DNA of 64,000 nt from Phycisphaerae bacterium. GTDB taxonomy: Bacteria > Planctomycetota > Phycisphaerae > UBA1845 > Fen-1342. The DNA is taken from assembly GCA_963675745.2 (NCBI GenBank), contig CAXXWX010000002.1:32001-96000 (forward strand). The letters run 5' to 3'. Within the stretch, counting starts at the first letter, position 1, and each line of letters opens with the position of its first letter. The notes below the pieces were generated by a model that saw only the letters and a program-made list of their open reading frames with translations, was not told the origin of the DNA and searched no databases. The translations under genes were made by a program, and so were the position numbers. Below, piece after piece: positions 49,659 to 59,881 of this stretch.

Positions 49659-50327
49659 CTAGCGGCCGAGCATGCGACGTAGACGTTCGGCGGTCTTGTC
49701 CGCGTGGTTGGCCAGAGCGCCGAGGTTCTGGAATATGCCGGACCACAGGAAGATGTCCGTCGGCCTGATCTGGTCTTCCAGGGCAAAGAGCCGCTGGGCG
49801 AGCCGATACTGCTGCTTGTCCGCCACCCATTCCTCGTGCTCGGCCTCGGCGATAAGCGCCATGACGCGTTCGCCGGGGGCGCCGGAAAAATCGCGCTCAC
49901 CCATGTCCTTGAGCAGGTCGAGGGCCGCGTAAAGGCGCTGGCAGACTTCGAGCACCTGGCGAACGTAGGCCAGGATGTCATCGGCGAGGCTGGCGGGCAT
50001 TTCGAGATTTTTGATCGTGAGCTGTACGGCCAGATCTTCGGCGGTGTCGCCCATGTCATCCTGGACGTGCAGGAAGGCCAGCAGATCGCCTCGGTAAACC
50101 GGCAATGCAAAACGAGTCGGAATGGTCTTGCGAATCTCGTTCTTGACCTTGTCGGCCATATGCTCGGCCTTGAAAACACCCCCGGTGATGAGCTTGAGCT
50201 TCTCGTAGTCGCCGGCCCGGATCGCTTCGAACATCGGCAATACCAGGTCGACACACGTGCGCACGTGTTTCATGTGCTCGGCCAGCGGCTCGAATGGGGA
50301 TTCATCGTGCCATCGGAGTGAAGTCAT
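49659..50327 (-). CDS. DUF47 / PhoU-like phosphate transport regulator
   Basis: SPFEPL.EH, EH.AD.VK.EIR, P..R.DLL, EHEEW.AD, LANHADK; upstream of the PiT gene. Confidence 0.9.
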   Translation of the reverse strand: MTSLRWHDESPFEPLAEHMKHVRTCVDLVLPMFEAIRAGDYEKLKLITGGVFKAEHMADKVKNEIRKTIPTRFALPVYRGDLLAFLHVQDDMGDTAEDLAVQLTIKNLEMPASLADDILAYVRQVLEVCQRLYAALDLLKDMGERDFSGAPGERVMALIAEAEHEEWVADKQQYRLAQRLFALEDQIRPTDIFLWSGIFQNLGALANHADKTAERLRRMLGR

Positions 50328-50498
50328 GCTGCACTCTTTCTGCCATGCGCCCGGCGCGGTGCCCGGCGCTGCTGCATTCAAGTTGATTCGTGAAAATGGG
50401 CCGCTCGAGGCCCGCGCTCCTGATGCCGATGCGGGCATGTTGACGGGTCGGCGTGCAGGGGTCAAGAGGCGGGGGCAAACTCATCACAACACCGGCCC

Positions 50499-51809
50499 CA
50501 GGGCGATCGCATTCTCAGGTTTTCGGTTTTGGGTCGTGGATCAGGAGGCTGAGGAGGTAGTCGTGGTTCCAGCCGGCGAGTAGGCGTCGGGCGCGGATGC
50601 TGCGGGCTTTGGGTGGTCCGGCTTTGAGCAGGTTCAGGGCGATCCGGCTCAGACGCGAGAAGTTTTCGGCTGCGTAGCCGCTGCGGATCCGTCGCTGGTC
50701 CTCGCCGAAGATCACGTCGAGCCGCCAATGCAGCCGATTCTCGACGCCCCAGTGCCCGCGGACGCGTTCGAGCATGCGGGCAGCGTCGCACTTTTCGATG
50801 CTGCTGATGTAGTAACGCCGGTCGGTCTCGACCTGCTCGCCGATCCGCCGCGTGGCCTCGACGCAGGCAAAGCTGCTGAGGTTTTGCCACTGCGCCCCAG
50901 CCGGCAGCCAGCTGACATCGGTGGTCATCCAACAGCGCCGCGTCTCGATCCGCCCGTGCCCCTTGTCATGCTCCTGCGTATAGTCGTGTGCGACGGCGTG
51001 GGCGTCTTTCCGGCGACACTCGTCGAAGAGCAGCTCCAGTTCTTTCTGCAAGTGCGGATGATTGCCCTTGACCTGGAGCACGTAATCGGCTCCACAAGAG
51101 ATGGCCTTCTCGGCAATCGCCTTCTGGCAGCCCATTGCGTCGGTGGTGATCACGGCGCCGTCCAGGTCCAGCAACTCCAGCAGCTTTGGAATAGCGGTGA
51201 TCTCGTTGCTCTTGGCGTCGGTTACGATCTGTCCGAGAACCGTTTGGTTGCTCGCGCACCAGGCGCTGACCATGTGCAACGCAGATTTCTTCGCCGCCGT
51301 GTCGAAGCTGCGGCGGATCGTCTTGCCGTCGATGGCGACCAGCCGGCCGACCTTCGTCCGCGACAGGTGGCGTACCCAGGCGAGGAAGCAACGCTCGAAG
51401 GCGTCGGGGTCGAGCCGCGCGAAGACGCGACCGAAGGTGTCGTGCGAAGGGATGCCGTGCGGCAGACGCAGGAAGGTGGCAAACCACTTCTGCTTGCCGC
51501 GGCCGAAAAGTTCGACATCCTCCCAACCCGCAGCGCCGCAGATCACGGCGCAGATGGCGATGACGAGGATGTCCAGCAACTCGTGCCGGCGACCCTGGTT
51601 GGAACGTGGATCTTCCATATCACTGAAAAAGCGCAGGATGCCACGCGGGGCGTTGACGTCCATGCCAAAGCTCCTTCTCGAAGGGACCACTGATGTCCCT
51701 GCGTGGCCAACGCAGAACGACGATAACCTGCTTACCCCCAACCGCGCGCAAGCGCAACCCGTACATACACCGAACATCCATTATTTACCACGAGAATGCG
51801 ATCGCCCTG
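50499..51809 (-). mobile_element. ISAs1-family insertion sequence, 1311 bp
   Basis: Perfect 18-bp terminal IRs cagggcgatcgcattctc (50499-50516) / gagaatgcgatcgccctg (51792-51809) around an intact transposase. Confidence 0.95.
50515..51663 (-). CDS. ISAs1-family (H-repeat-associated) DDE transposase
   Basis: DPR, GIPSHDTF.RVF, IDGKTIR, KSNEITAIP, DAMGCQ, KGN, HGRIETR, HWGVENRLHW.LDV.FGED. Confidence 0.97.
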   Translation of the reverse strand: MDVNAPRGILRFFSDMEDPRSNQGRRHELLDILVIAICAVICGAAGWEDVELFGRGKQKWFATFLRLPHGIPSHDTFGRVFARLDPDAFERCFLAWVRHLSRTKVGRLVAIDGKTIRRSFDTAAKKSALHMVSAWCASNQTVLGQIVTDAKSNEITAIPKLLELLDLDGAVITTDAMGCQKAIAEKAISCGADYVLQVKGNHPHLQKELELLFDECRRKDAHAVAHDYTQEHDKGHGRIETRRCWMTTDVSWLPAGAQWQNLSSFACVEATRRIGEQVETDRRYYISSIEKCDAARMLERVRGHWGVENRLHWRLDVIFGEDQRRIRSGYAAENFSRLSRIALNLLKAGPPKARSIRARRLLAGWNHDYLLSLLIHDPKPKT

Positions 51810-51882
51810 CTGCCCCCCCGTTTGACGAATACCGCTTGAATCGCCAAAATGTGGGGTCAATCGTAACTGTGGAGGAGTCGCG

Positions 51883-52386
51883 ATGATGGTGAGTCGTCTT
51901 GTGCGCACAACCGGGCCGGCCGAGGGGCTGGTGTGTGGCCTGTTGGCGCTGGCGTGCCTGATGCCGATGGGTTGCGTGACCGCGAACGTCGGCAGTCAGC
52001 CGACCGCCATGCGGGCTGCGGACGCCGTCCAGCATCCGATGTTGGCGGGCATCCCCCTGCCGCGCGGAATCGCCGTCGTCGATGATAAGAGCAAGGCCCA
52101 CGAGAGCGGACGTTTTCGCTTCGCCAGCTATGAATTCACCGGCGGCGGCAGTCGCGACGCTTTGCACGAGTTCTTTCTGCACCATATGCCCACGGCGGGC
52201 TTTGAGTTGCTACAGCGACGCGATGAGGCGGGCGTTTACAGCCTCTACTTCCGCAGCAGCGCCGAGGAGTGCACCATCCGCATCGGAAACCGCGGGTTCC
52301 ATTCGTATTTCACGGTGGACGTGTGGCCGCTGCCGAAAGGGGCGCCGAAGGAGACTTCCGACCTGCCGCCGCCTCGCGATGGATAG
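51883..52386 (+). CDS. hypothetical lipoprotein
   Basis: RBS GGAGGAG, hydrophobic segment ending PMGC. Confidence 0.7.
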   Translation: MMVSRLVRTTGPAEGLVCGLLALACLMPMGCVTANVGSQPTAMRAADAVQHPMLAGIPLPRGIAVVDDKSKAHESGRFRFASYEFTGGGSRDALHEFFLHHMPTAGFELLQRRDEAGVYSLYFRSSAEECTIRIGNRGFHSYFTVDVWPLPKGAPKETSDLPPPRDG

Positions 52387-52498
52387 TCGGCCGGCTGTGC
52401 GTCGGCCTGTCTGATCGGCGGCGTGCCGATCTGAGCGTAGTGTGATCTCACGGGCGGCTCAGAAGCCACCTGTATTCGAGTGTATTCGAGGAGAAAAG

Positions 52499-53296
52499 AT
52501 GGACGCCGATACCCGGCATCAACTCAAGCAGAACGAGCTGGCCGAGGCGATACAGAAACTTCGCGAGCTGGACAAGAGCACGGTCTATCTGATCGTCGCG
52601 ATTCTGGTCATTATCGTCCTGTTCGCCGCGTATCGCATCTGGACCTGGCAGAGCGCGCGGGCCGAGGCGGCCAACTGGCAATCGCTCGTGCAAATGGGTC
52701 AGCCAGCCACCGGAGCATCCCCGGACATGCTTGACGGCCTGCGGGGTATCGCCGACGGCAGCACGACGTCGGCGCTGTCAAATGCCGCCCGCCTCGAACT
52801 GGCCGGCGCGTTGGCGGCCGAGGCCACCGAGACGTCCGACCCGCAGAAGCTCACCGAAGCCGCCGCGGTGTTGCAGCCGCTGGTCGACCAGCATCTGCAA
52901 ATTCCTCCAGCGGTCGGTGGACCGGCGTTGTACTTGCTCGCGGGCATTCAGGAGTCGCAACGCGATTTCGATGGCGCCCGTGCGACATACGAAATGTTGC
53001 AAAGCGATCACTTCGCCGGCAGTTCACTCCAGGTGCTGGTCAGCGCCAAGCTCGACTCTCTGGATTCATTGCGCACACCGATTGCACTGCAGCCCGGCCT
53101 TCCTCCACAGCCACAGTCGGAGGTGGTCGCGCCGACGCCGGCTGACCTAGCGGCCGCCGCGGAGAGCACGCCGCCCGCCGCAAACGCTGAAGACTCACCG
53201 GTCGAACCGGAGGCCGCCGCCCCTGAGCCAGCCGCACCGGCGGATGACGCCGCCGCTACCGGTGAGACCGTACCGGCCGAACCCGAGCAGCCGTGA
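52499..53296 (+). CDS. YfgM-like single-TM TPR protein
   Basis: MD...RHQLKQNEL, TM helix, TPR-like helices, Pro/Ala/Glu-rich tail; RBS GAGGAG. Confidence 0.75.
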   Translation: MDADTRHQLKQNELAEAIQKLRELDKSTVYLIVAILVIIVLFAAYRIWTWQSARAEAANWQSLVQMGQPATGASPDMLDGLRGIADGSTTSALSNAARLELAGALAAEATETSDPQKLTEAAAVLQPLVDQHLQIPPAVGGPALYLLAGIQESQRDFDGARATYEMLQSDHFAGSSLQVLVSAKLDSLDSLRTPIALQPGLPPQPQSEVVAPTPADLAAAAESTPPAANAEDSPVEPEAAAPEPAAPADDAAATGETVPAEPEQP

Positions 53297-54321
53297 GTTT
53301 TGATGAGGACATACTCCAGCGTCCGGTTCCCATTGATGACGACAACGTGGAGCACGCGCGCCTGCGCATCCGGCGCAAGCTGCCGGGCAGGCGCCTGGAC
53401 AAGTACCTGCAAGGACGCTTTCCACATCTTTCGCGCACACTCATCCAGCGGCTGATCAAGCAGGGCGCCATCACGGTCAACGGCAAACCCACCAAGCCCA
53501 GCTACGAGATGTGTGGCGGTGACCTGGTCGACCTGTTGATCCCCCCGCCCGAGCCCTTGGAGGTGATCCCCGAGAACATCCCGCTGGATGTCGTCTACGA
53601 AGACGAGTACATAATCGCGCTCAACAAACAGGCGGGGATAATCTGCCATCCGGCCCGCGGGACGCAGGGCGGCACATTGGCCAACGCGCTGACGTACTAC
53701 TCCAATCAGCTTAGTCATGGAACGGCACCGTTTCGCCCCGGCATCGTCCACCGGCTGGACAAGAACACAACCGGCATCATGCTCGTGGCCAAGACCGATG
53801 AGGCGCACTGGCGCCTGGGGCTGCAATTCGAACAGCGCACAATTCAAAAGACCTACATCGCCGTCGTCGAGGGCCGCTTGAATCTCGACGCGGACGTGAT
53901 CGACGCGCCGATCGGCGTCCATCCGGTTGTGCGCGAGAAATTCGCCGTCATGATCCGCGCCAACAAGATCGACGTGGCCAAGAACGCCGTCACGAATTAC
54001 GAGGTCGCTGAACGGTTTCGGGGCTATACACTCGTGCAGTTGCAACCCAAAACCGGCCGCACACACCAGTTGCGCGTGCACATGTCACACCTGGGCCACC
54101 CGCTGGTCGGCGACACGATGTACGGCGGCAAACCCGTGAGCGAGTTTGACCTGACCGGCGCGGGTGATCGTGAGCCGCTACTCGATTACCAGGCCCTCCA
54201 CGCTTGGAAGATCGAATTTCGCCACCCGATCAGCGAGAAGATGCTGACGCTCGAAGCTCCGTTCCACGGCAAATTCAAGACGCTGATGCAATTGCTGCGG
54301 AGGTCACGGGCGATTGACTAG
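53293..54321 (+). CDS. rluD: 23S rRNA pseudouridine synthase RluD (S4 + RluA domain)
   Basis: RLDKYL..SRT.IQ S4 domain, NKQAG, RPGIVHRLDKNTTG, TGRTHQLRVH, GHPLVGD..YG, QALHA. Confidence 0.92.
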   Translation: MSFDEDILQRPVPIDDDNVEHARLRIRRKLPGRRLDKYLQGRFPHLSRTLIQRLIKQGAITVNGKPTKPSYEMCGGDLVDLLIPPPEPLEVIPENIPLDVVYEDEYIIALNKQAGIICHPARGTQGGTLANALTYYSNQLSHGTAPFRPGIVHRLDKNTTGIMLVAKTDEAHWRLGLQFEQRTIQKTYIAVVEGRLNLDADVIDAPIGVHPVVREKFAVMIRANKIDVAKNAVTNYEVAERFRGYTLVQLQPKTGRTHQLRVHMSHLGHPLVGDTMYGGKPVSEFDLTGAGDREPLLDYQALHAWKIEFRHPISEKMLTLEAPFHGKFKTLMQLLRRSRAID

Positions 54322-54353
54322 CGTTCTGTTCCCCTGGTTTGGTGGAATTCGTC

Positions 54354-54423
54354 GTGTGGCACGGCTCTGTGAGCCGTGCGGTGCCGCGACGGGAGAAACA
54401 CGGCTCAGAGAGCCGTGGCACAC
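54354..54423. repeat. REP-like inverted pair (25 bp, 2 mismatches)
   Basis: gtgtggcacggctctgtgagccgtg / cacggctcagagagccgtggcacac; each arm is itself a hairpin. Confidence 0.65.
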
Positions 54424-54440
54424 CGTAGGTCGGTCGGGAC

Positions 54441-55862
54441 ATGCTGCTGGACCGCTGGCGCTGCGTGCTCGCCGCGCTGCTGATCGCGCTGGCGCCCCAT
54501 GCGCCGGCATTGCTGGCCGGCGACGCGCCCGCCGGCCTGGGCGAGCGTCTCGATGATGCGCTGCGCACCGCGCCACGCGAGGCCCAGGTCGGGCTTGTCG
54601 TGCTCGACGCGGCTGACGGAAGCGTCTGGTTTGCGCGAAACGAGCACACGCCGCTGAAGCCGGCCAGCGTTATGAAGCTCTTTGTGACAGCGAGCGCACT
54701 CGAACGCCTCGGGCCGGAGTTCACCTTCGAAACAAAGCTGTACATGCATGATCGCGAGCTGTGGGTCATTGGCGGGGGCGACCCGGGTCTGGCGGACGTG
54801 CGGATTGCCACGCGCCGTGGAGGTGATTGGGCGGACGTGCTTGACACCTGGACCGCCGCGATCCGTGCGCGTGGGGTGACCAGCTTCGACAAGCTAGTGC
54901 TGGACGACAGTGTCTTCGACGAAGAGCACCGCCATCCGGACTGGGATCCGGGACAGGCCGACGCCTGGTATCAGGCCCCCGTGGGCGGTCTGAATATCTG
55001 CGACAACTGCGTCGAGATTCGCGTCAGTATCTCGGGGGCGACAGTAAGGACTTACGTTGCTCCCCCGCTGCCGGCCGAGTTCCTGCGGAGCACCGTTATC
55101 GCCGGACAAAAGCACCGGCCGATCCTGAAACGCCCCGCGGCCGGTGACGTGTTCGAATTGCAGGGCACAGTCGCACGCGATTGTGTGGTGGGGCCGGCGA
55201 GTGCGGGACGACCAACGGTCTTTTTCGGACACGTGCTGAAACACGCGCTCCAGACACGCGGTATCAAGGTCACCGGCGACGTGGTACGGCGCAAGCTCAC
55301 GGCCGAGCACGTCGGCGTTGCTACCCACGTAGCCACTCACCGCACATCCATGCGTGACTGCCTCTGGCGCAGCAACACGTTCAGCCAGAACCTCTTCGCC
55401 GAGTGTCTGCTGAAAAGCCTGGCGGCGTACGGCCCTGAAGGCCGGCGCACGGGTACACCGGGATCCTGGCCGGCCGGAACCGAGATCGTGCGCAAGACGG
55501 TGACGTCTCTCGGCGTCAACATGGCCGGCGCCGTGCTCCGTGACGGCAGCGGACTGAGCCACGACAACCGCGTTACCGCCGAACAGGTGGCACGCCTGCT
55601 GCTGGTCATGCGCACACATCGGTGCTGCGATGAGTTTACGACGAGTCTGGCGGAACCCGGCAAAGAAGGCACGCTGCGGAAGCGCGGGACGGCGGCCTTG
55701 ACCGGACGGCTTCGGGCAAAAACCGGCACAATCGCCCATGCGCGAGCCCTGGCGGGGTACGTCTATCGCCAGGATGGAACCACCGCGGTGTTTGCACTGC
55801 TCGTGAACGGCCCGTCACCGTCGGGCTTTCCAATCCGAATCGCCACTATGATCGCCAAGTGA
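54441..55862 (+). CDS. dacB: D-alanyl-D-alanine carboxypeptidase/endopeptidase (PBP4, peptidase S13)
   Basis: PASVMK (SxxK), GGGDP, SQN (SxN), DGSGLS..NR, KTGT. Confidence 0.93.
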   Translation: MLLDRWRCVLAALLIALAPHAPALLAGDAPAGLGERLDDALRTAPREAQVGLVVLDAADGSVWFARNEHTPLKPASVMKLFVTASALERLGPEFTFETKLYMHDRELWVIGGGDPGLADVRIATRRGGDWADVLDTWTAAIRARGVTSFDKLVLDDSVFDEEHRHPDWDPGQADAWYQAPVGGLNICDNCVEIRVSISGATVRTYVAPPLPAEFLRSTVIAGQKHRPILKRPAAGDVFELQGTVARDCVVGPASAGRPTVFFGHVLKHALQTRGIKVTGDVVRRKLTAEHVGVATHVATHRTSMRDCLWRSNTFSQNLFAECLLKSLAAYGPEGRRTGTPGSWPAGTEIVRKTVTSLGVNMAGAVLRDGSGLSHDNRVTAEQVARLLLVMRTHRCCDEFTTSLAEPGKEGTLRKRGTAALTGRLRAKTGTIAHARALAGYVYRQDGTTAVFALLVNGPSPSGFPIRIATMIAK

Positions 55863-55995
55863 GACTCGCCGCCCGGGGACACGCAAGTCGCTTCCCTGGG
55901 GTTGTGAAGCGGCGTGGAACGGCGACAATGCGGGACGCCGAACCCGACGGACGGATTCGGCATTTGCTGGAGCGGATCTGACTCGAGGATGAGCG

Positions 55996-56634
55996 ATGAA
56001 ACACGGCTGGACGACAGCGGGCCTGGTGGGCCTGGCGATAGGTATGGTTAGCTTCACAGCGTTTTCCACGCTTCAGGCGCAGGGCACTGCGGGCGGCGCG
56101 ACCATCGGCGCGGTGGACGTCGTGCGCGTCTTCAATGAATACCAGCGACAGGTCGATTTGAACGGCGAACTGACGCAGATTCGCACGCAGCTCGAGGCTG
56201 AGAACACTACCCGGCGGCAGAAGCTCGAGATGATGGCCACGGCCCTGGATAACATGGACCCTGAAGATCCGACGTTTCCGGGCAAGCGCCAGGAGATTCT
56301 CAAGCTCCAGCTCGAGTACAAGAATTGGGCGGACCTGATGCAGGCGCGGTTGGCCGGTGAGGTCAGCATCTGGTCGGGGCGCGTCTACGAGGAGATTCTG
56401 CGCGCGACCGAGGCGATCGCCGACAGCCGTGGTCTGGAAGTCGTCCTGAACATGGACGCCCCCTTCCAGCCGCTGATGGACAATCCGGATGCAGTCCGCG
56501 AGCAGATCAGCAACCGGCGCGTGCTCCATGTCAGACCGTCGGCCAACATCACGGATGCGGTCATCAACACGCTGAACAGCAAGTACGCCTCCGAACCCAA
56601 GAAGATGATGATGGACATCAATATGACGCCCTGA
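55996..56634 (+). CDS. skp: periplasmic chaperone Skp/OmpH
   Basis: Signal peptide, IGAVDV.RV, coiled-coil arms, NITDAVI..LN; precedes lpxD. Confidence 0.85.
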   Translation: MKHGWTTAGLVGLAIGMVSFTAFSTLQAQGTAGGATIGAVDVVRVFNEYQRQVDLNGELTQIRTQLEAENTTRRQKLEMMATALDNMDPEDPTFPGKRQEILKLQLEYKNWADLMQARLAGEVSIWSGRVYEEILRATEAIADSRGLEVVLNMDAPFQPLMDNPDAVREQISNRRVLHVRPSANITDAVINTLNSKYASEPKKMMMDINMTP

Positions 56635-56659
56635 CGGCCCGGCGAATGAAGAGGACAAC

Positions 56660-57694
56660 ATGGGTCTGAGGCTTGCAGAAATAGCGGAGCACGTTGCGGG
56701 TAAGCTCGAGGGTGACGGGACTCTCGAGGTGCGGGAGGTTGCGCCGCTGGAGAAGGCCGGCCCGCACTCGCTCGCGTGGCTGGCCAGCGCTGAAATCAAG
56801 GCGCGGCTGAGTGGCACCAAAGCCGGTGCCGTTTTGCTGCCGCTGGAGTGCGACGCCCCGCCCGGACCGAGCCTGATCCGTGTGGCGGACCCGGACGTGG
56901 CAATGTGCGAAGTACTGCGTATGCTCGGCCCCTTACCCATCCGCCTGACACCCGGCCGCGCCCCGACGTCCACGGTGAGCGCCAGCGCGACGGTTGACGG
57001 GGCTGCGGTCAGCTACGGTGCGTACGTGGGCCCCAACGCGGTGGTCGGCCCAGGCACGCAGCTTTATCCAGGTGTGTTCGTGGGCGCCAATGCGCGCATC
57101 GGGCGCGATTGCGTGCTGTGGCCGAACGTGGTCGTGCGCGAAGGCGTGATCATCGGAGATCGCGTCATCATACATCCGAATTCGACCATCGGCGCAGACG
57201 GGTTCGGTTATCTTCAACGCGATGGCCGGCACATCAAGATCCCCCAAGTTGGAACGGTGGTTATCGAAGATGATGTCGAAATCGGCGCCAATTGCGCAAT
57301 CGACCGGGCGCGCAGCGGCGAGACTCGAGTTCGTCGCGGCACGAAAATTGATAACCTGGTGCAAATCGGACACAATGTGCTGATCGATGAGCACTGCATC
57401 ATTGTGGCACAGTGTGGTATTTCGGGCTCCGTCACACTGGGACACCACGTGATGCTCGGCGGACAGGTCGGCGTGGTCGATCATGTACGGATCGGAGACA
57501 TGGCCCTGATCGGGGCGCGGGGCGTTGCTCGCCGTGATGTGCCCGACGGCGCGCGGCTGGCGGGTGACCCCCCGTTGAGTATCTTCGAGGACCAGCGGCG
57601 AAACGTGCTGGTAAAACGCCTGCCAGACACCGTCAATGAGCTGCGCGAATTGAAAAAGCGAGTGGCCAAGCTTGAGTCGGCAGCAAACGATTGA
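56660..57694 (+). CDS. lpxD: UDP-3-O-acylglucosamine N-acyltransferase
   Basis: Hexapeptide repeats, IGADGFGY, KIPQ.G.V, EIGAN..IDR, TKIDNLVQIGHNV, GQVG..DH. Confidence 0.96.
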   Translation: MGLRLAEIAEHVAGKLEGDGTLEVREVAPLEKAGPHSLAWLASAEIKARLSGTKAGAVLLPLECDAPPGPSLIRVADPDVAMCEVLRMLGPLPIRLTPGRAPTSTVSASATVDGAAVSYGAYVGPNAVVGPGTQLYPGVFVGANARIGRDCVLWPNVVVREGVIIGDRVIIHPNSTIGADGFGYLQRDGRHIKIPQVGTVVIEDDVEIGANCAIDRARSGETRVRRGTKIDNLVQIGHNVLIDEHCIIVAQCGISGSVTLGHHVMLGGQVGVVDHVRIGDMALIGARGVARRDVPDGARLAGDPPLSIFEDQRRNVLVKRLPDTVNELRELKKRVAKLESAAND

Positions 57695-58982
57695 CAATGA
57701 GGTGGAGGTCTCGGGGCGCGGCCTTTTCACCGGGCACCCGGTGACAATGCGCTTCAAACCGGCCCCGCCGGGCAGCGGCATTACGTTCATCCGCGCCGAT
57801 CAGGCCGATCCGGTGCGTATCCCCGCACGGCTCAGTAACCTCACCAAACGCGCGCGCCGCAGCTCTCTCAAAAACGGCACTGTTTCGATCGAGACGGTTG
57901 AGCATTGCCTGGCCGCGGTGCGCGGGATGTCGATCGACAATCTTGAAATTGAGCTGGACAACATTGAGGTTCCAGCGGCGGACGGCAGTTCGCTGACGTT
58001 CGTTGAAGCCCTCGACCGAGCCGGTCTCTGCGAGCAGACCGCCGAACGCGAGTACTTCAGTATCAAACAGCCGGTGCGCGTGTCGGAGGGGAACGCCGAA
58101 GTGGTGGCCTGGCCGGGTGCGCCCGATCGACTCGAGCTGATCTACGAGCTGGATTACGGCAACGACAGCCCGATTGGCCAGCAGATTTACCGCGCCACGC
58201 TCGAGCCGGACACTTTCGTGAGCGACATCGCCCCGGCCCGCACGTTTGTCACCGAGCGGGAGGCCCAGCAGTTGCGTGCCGCCGGCCTCGGACAACATCT
58301 GACCTACGACGACATTCTCGTCATCGGCGCGGATGGCCCGATCGAAAACAAGTTCCGCTATCCCGACGAATGTGTGCGCCACAAGATGCTGGACCTGATC
58401 GGCGATCTGATGCTGATGGGCGCTTTTGTCTGCGGCCGCATCTATGCGCGGCGCTCCGGGCACCACCTCAACCACGAACTTGTGCGTTTGCTGCTCGAGC
58501 AGCACGAAGAAGAGCACTTTCGCGATCAGTTGATTGCGCGGCCCAAGATCGACATTCACCAGGTGCGCCGCATTCTGCCGCACCGCTACCCGATGCTGCT
58601 GGTTGACCGGGTGGTCACGATCGAAGGTGATCAGCGCGCCGTCGGGATCAAAAACGTCACGATCAACGAACCGTTCTTCCAGGGACACTACCCGCGCCAG
58701 CCGATCATGCCCGGTGTGCTGATCATCGAGGCAATGGCGCAGCTCGGAGGTATCCTGCTCTCGCAGAAGCTCGAGCACACCGGTAAGGTGGCGGTGCTGC
58801 TCAGCCTGGACAAAGTGAAGTTCCGGCGTCCCGTCACGCCGGGTGACCAGTTGGTCCTCGAAGCTCTGGCCGTGCGCGTCAAGTCGCGCACCGGGCAGGT
58901 ACGTTGCACGGCTCGCGTGGGTCGTGAACAGGTCGCCGAAGCGGCGATCCGTTTCATGTTGGTGGATGCCGATCCGGCCTAA
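57672..58982 (+). CDS. lpxC-fabZ: bifunctional LpxC deacetylase / FabZ dehydratase
   Basis: QQTI..G.GLFTG, TVEH, DGSS, I.PARTF, HKMLDLIGD, SGH; then LPHRYPMLLVD, EPFFQGHYP..PIMPGVLIIEAMAQ. Confidence 0.96.
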   Translation: MSRQQTIDNEVEVSGRGLFTGHPVTMRFKPAPPGSGITFIRADQADPVRIPARLSNLTKRARRSSLKNGTVSIETVEHCLAAVRGMSIDNLEIELDNIEVPAADGSSLTFVEALDRAGLCEQTAEREYFSIKQPVRVSEGNAEVVAWPGAPDRLELIYELDYGNDSPIGQQIYRATLEPDTFVSDIAPARTFVTEREAQQLRAAGLGQHLTYDDILVIGADGPIENKFRYPDECVRHKMLDLIGDLMLMGAFVCGRIYARRSGHHLNHELVRLLLEQHEEEHFRDQLIARPKIDIHQVRRILPHRYPMLLVDRVVTIEGDQRAVGIKNVTINEPFFQGHYPRQPIMPGVLIIEAMAQLGGILLSQKLEHTGKVAVLLSLDKVKFRRPVTPGDQLVLEALAVRVKSRTGQVRCTARVGREQVAEAAIRFMLVDADPA

Positions 58983-58993
58983 CCAGGTAGCAG

Positions 58994-59881
58994 ATGAGCT
59001 TGATACACCCACAGGCGTATGTTGACCCCCATGCGGAGCTCGGCCGCGACGTCAAGGTCGGCGCTTTTGCCTACGTCGGCCCCGGCGTGCAGCTCGGCGA
59101 CGAGTGCGTGCTGCACGAGCACGTGACGATCAGCGGTCCGGCGCAGATCGGCCCGCGCAACACGTTTTATCCGCAGTGCGTGATCGGCTCGGCGCCGCAG
59201 GACCTCAAGTACAAGGGCGGCGCCACGCGGGTGATCATCGGCAGCGACAACCTCTTTCGCGAGCACGTGACCGTCCATCGCGGCACCGAGGTCGACCAAC
59301 AGAGCGGCGGCGCCACGCGCGTCGGTGACCATGGGCTGTTCATGGTCGGCGTTCACATCGCGCACGACACACGCGTCGATGATCATGTCATTCTCGCCAA
59401 CTACGTACAGGTCGCCGGCCATGCGCACATTCAGGACCACGTCAACATCGGCGGCGTCAGCGCAATGCACCACTTTGTCACAGTGGGCCGCTACGCCTTC
59501 GTCGGCGGCATGACCCGGATGACCAGCGACGTGCCGCCCTACATGAAGGTCTCCGGCTACGAAGCGACCGTGCGGGCGGTGAATTTCGAAGGCATGCGGC
59601 GCTGGCATGTCCCCGATGAATCGATCGCCGCCGTGAAAGAGGCATTCCGCCTGTTGTTTGCGCGTCGCTCGCAACGCGGCGTCGGGCGCACCGCCGAGGC
59701 AATGGCCCGGATCGAGCATGATGGGCTCGGCCGCGACGAGCACGTGTGTTACCTGATTGACTTTCTGAAACGGCAGATGCACGAGGGGGTCTTCGGCCGC
59801 GCACTCGAGCGCCGGCGAACCGATTCGGCCCAGGACCGCGCTGGTTTCTATCGCGGACAGGACTCGGAGCAAGGCAAATGA
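58994..59881 (+). CDS. lpxA: acyl-ACP--UDP-N-acetylglucosamine O-acyltransferase
   Basis: IHP.A, PQDLKY.G, RE.VTVHRGT, HIAHD, AGH, DVPPY, N..GMRR. Confidence 0.96.
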   Translation: MSLIHPQAYVDPHAELGRDVKVGAFAYVGPGVQLGDECVLHEHVTISGPAQIGPRNTFYPQCVIGSAPQDLKYKGGATRVIIGSDNLFREHVTVHRGTEVDQQSGGATRVGDHGLFMVGVHIAHDTRVDDHVILANYVQVAGHAHIQDHVNIGGVSAMHHFVTVGRYAFVGGMTRMTSDVPPYMKVSGYEATVRAVNFEGMRRWHVPDESIAAVKEAFRLLFARRSQRGVGRTAEAMARIEHDGLGRDEHVCYLIDFLKRQMHEGVFGRALERRRTDSAQDRAGFYRGQDSEQGK

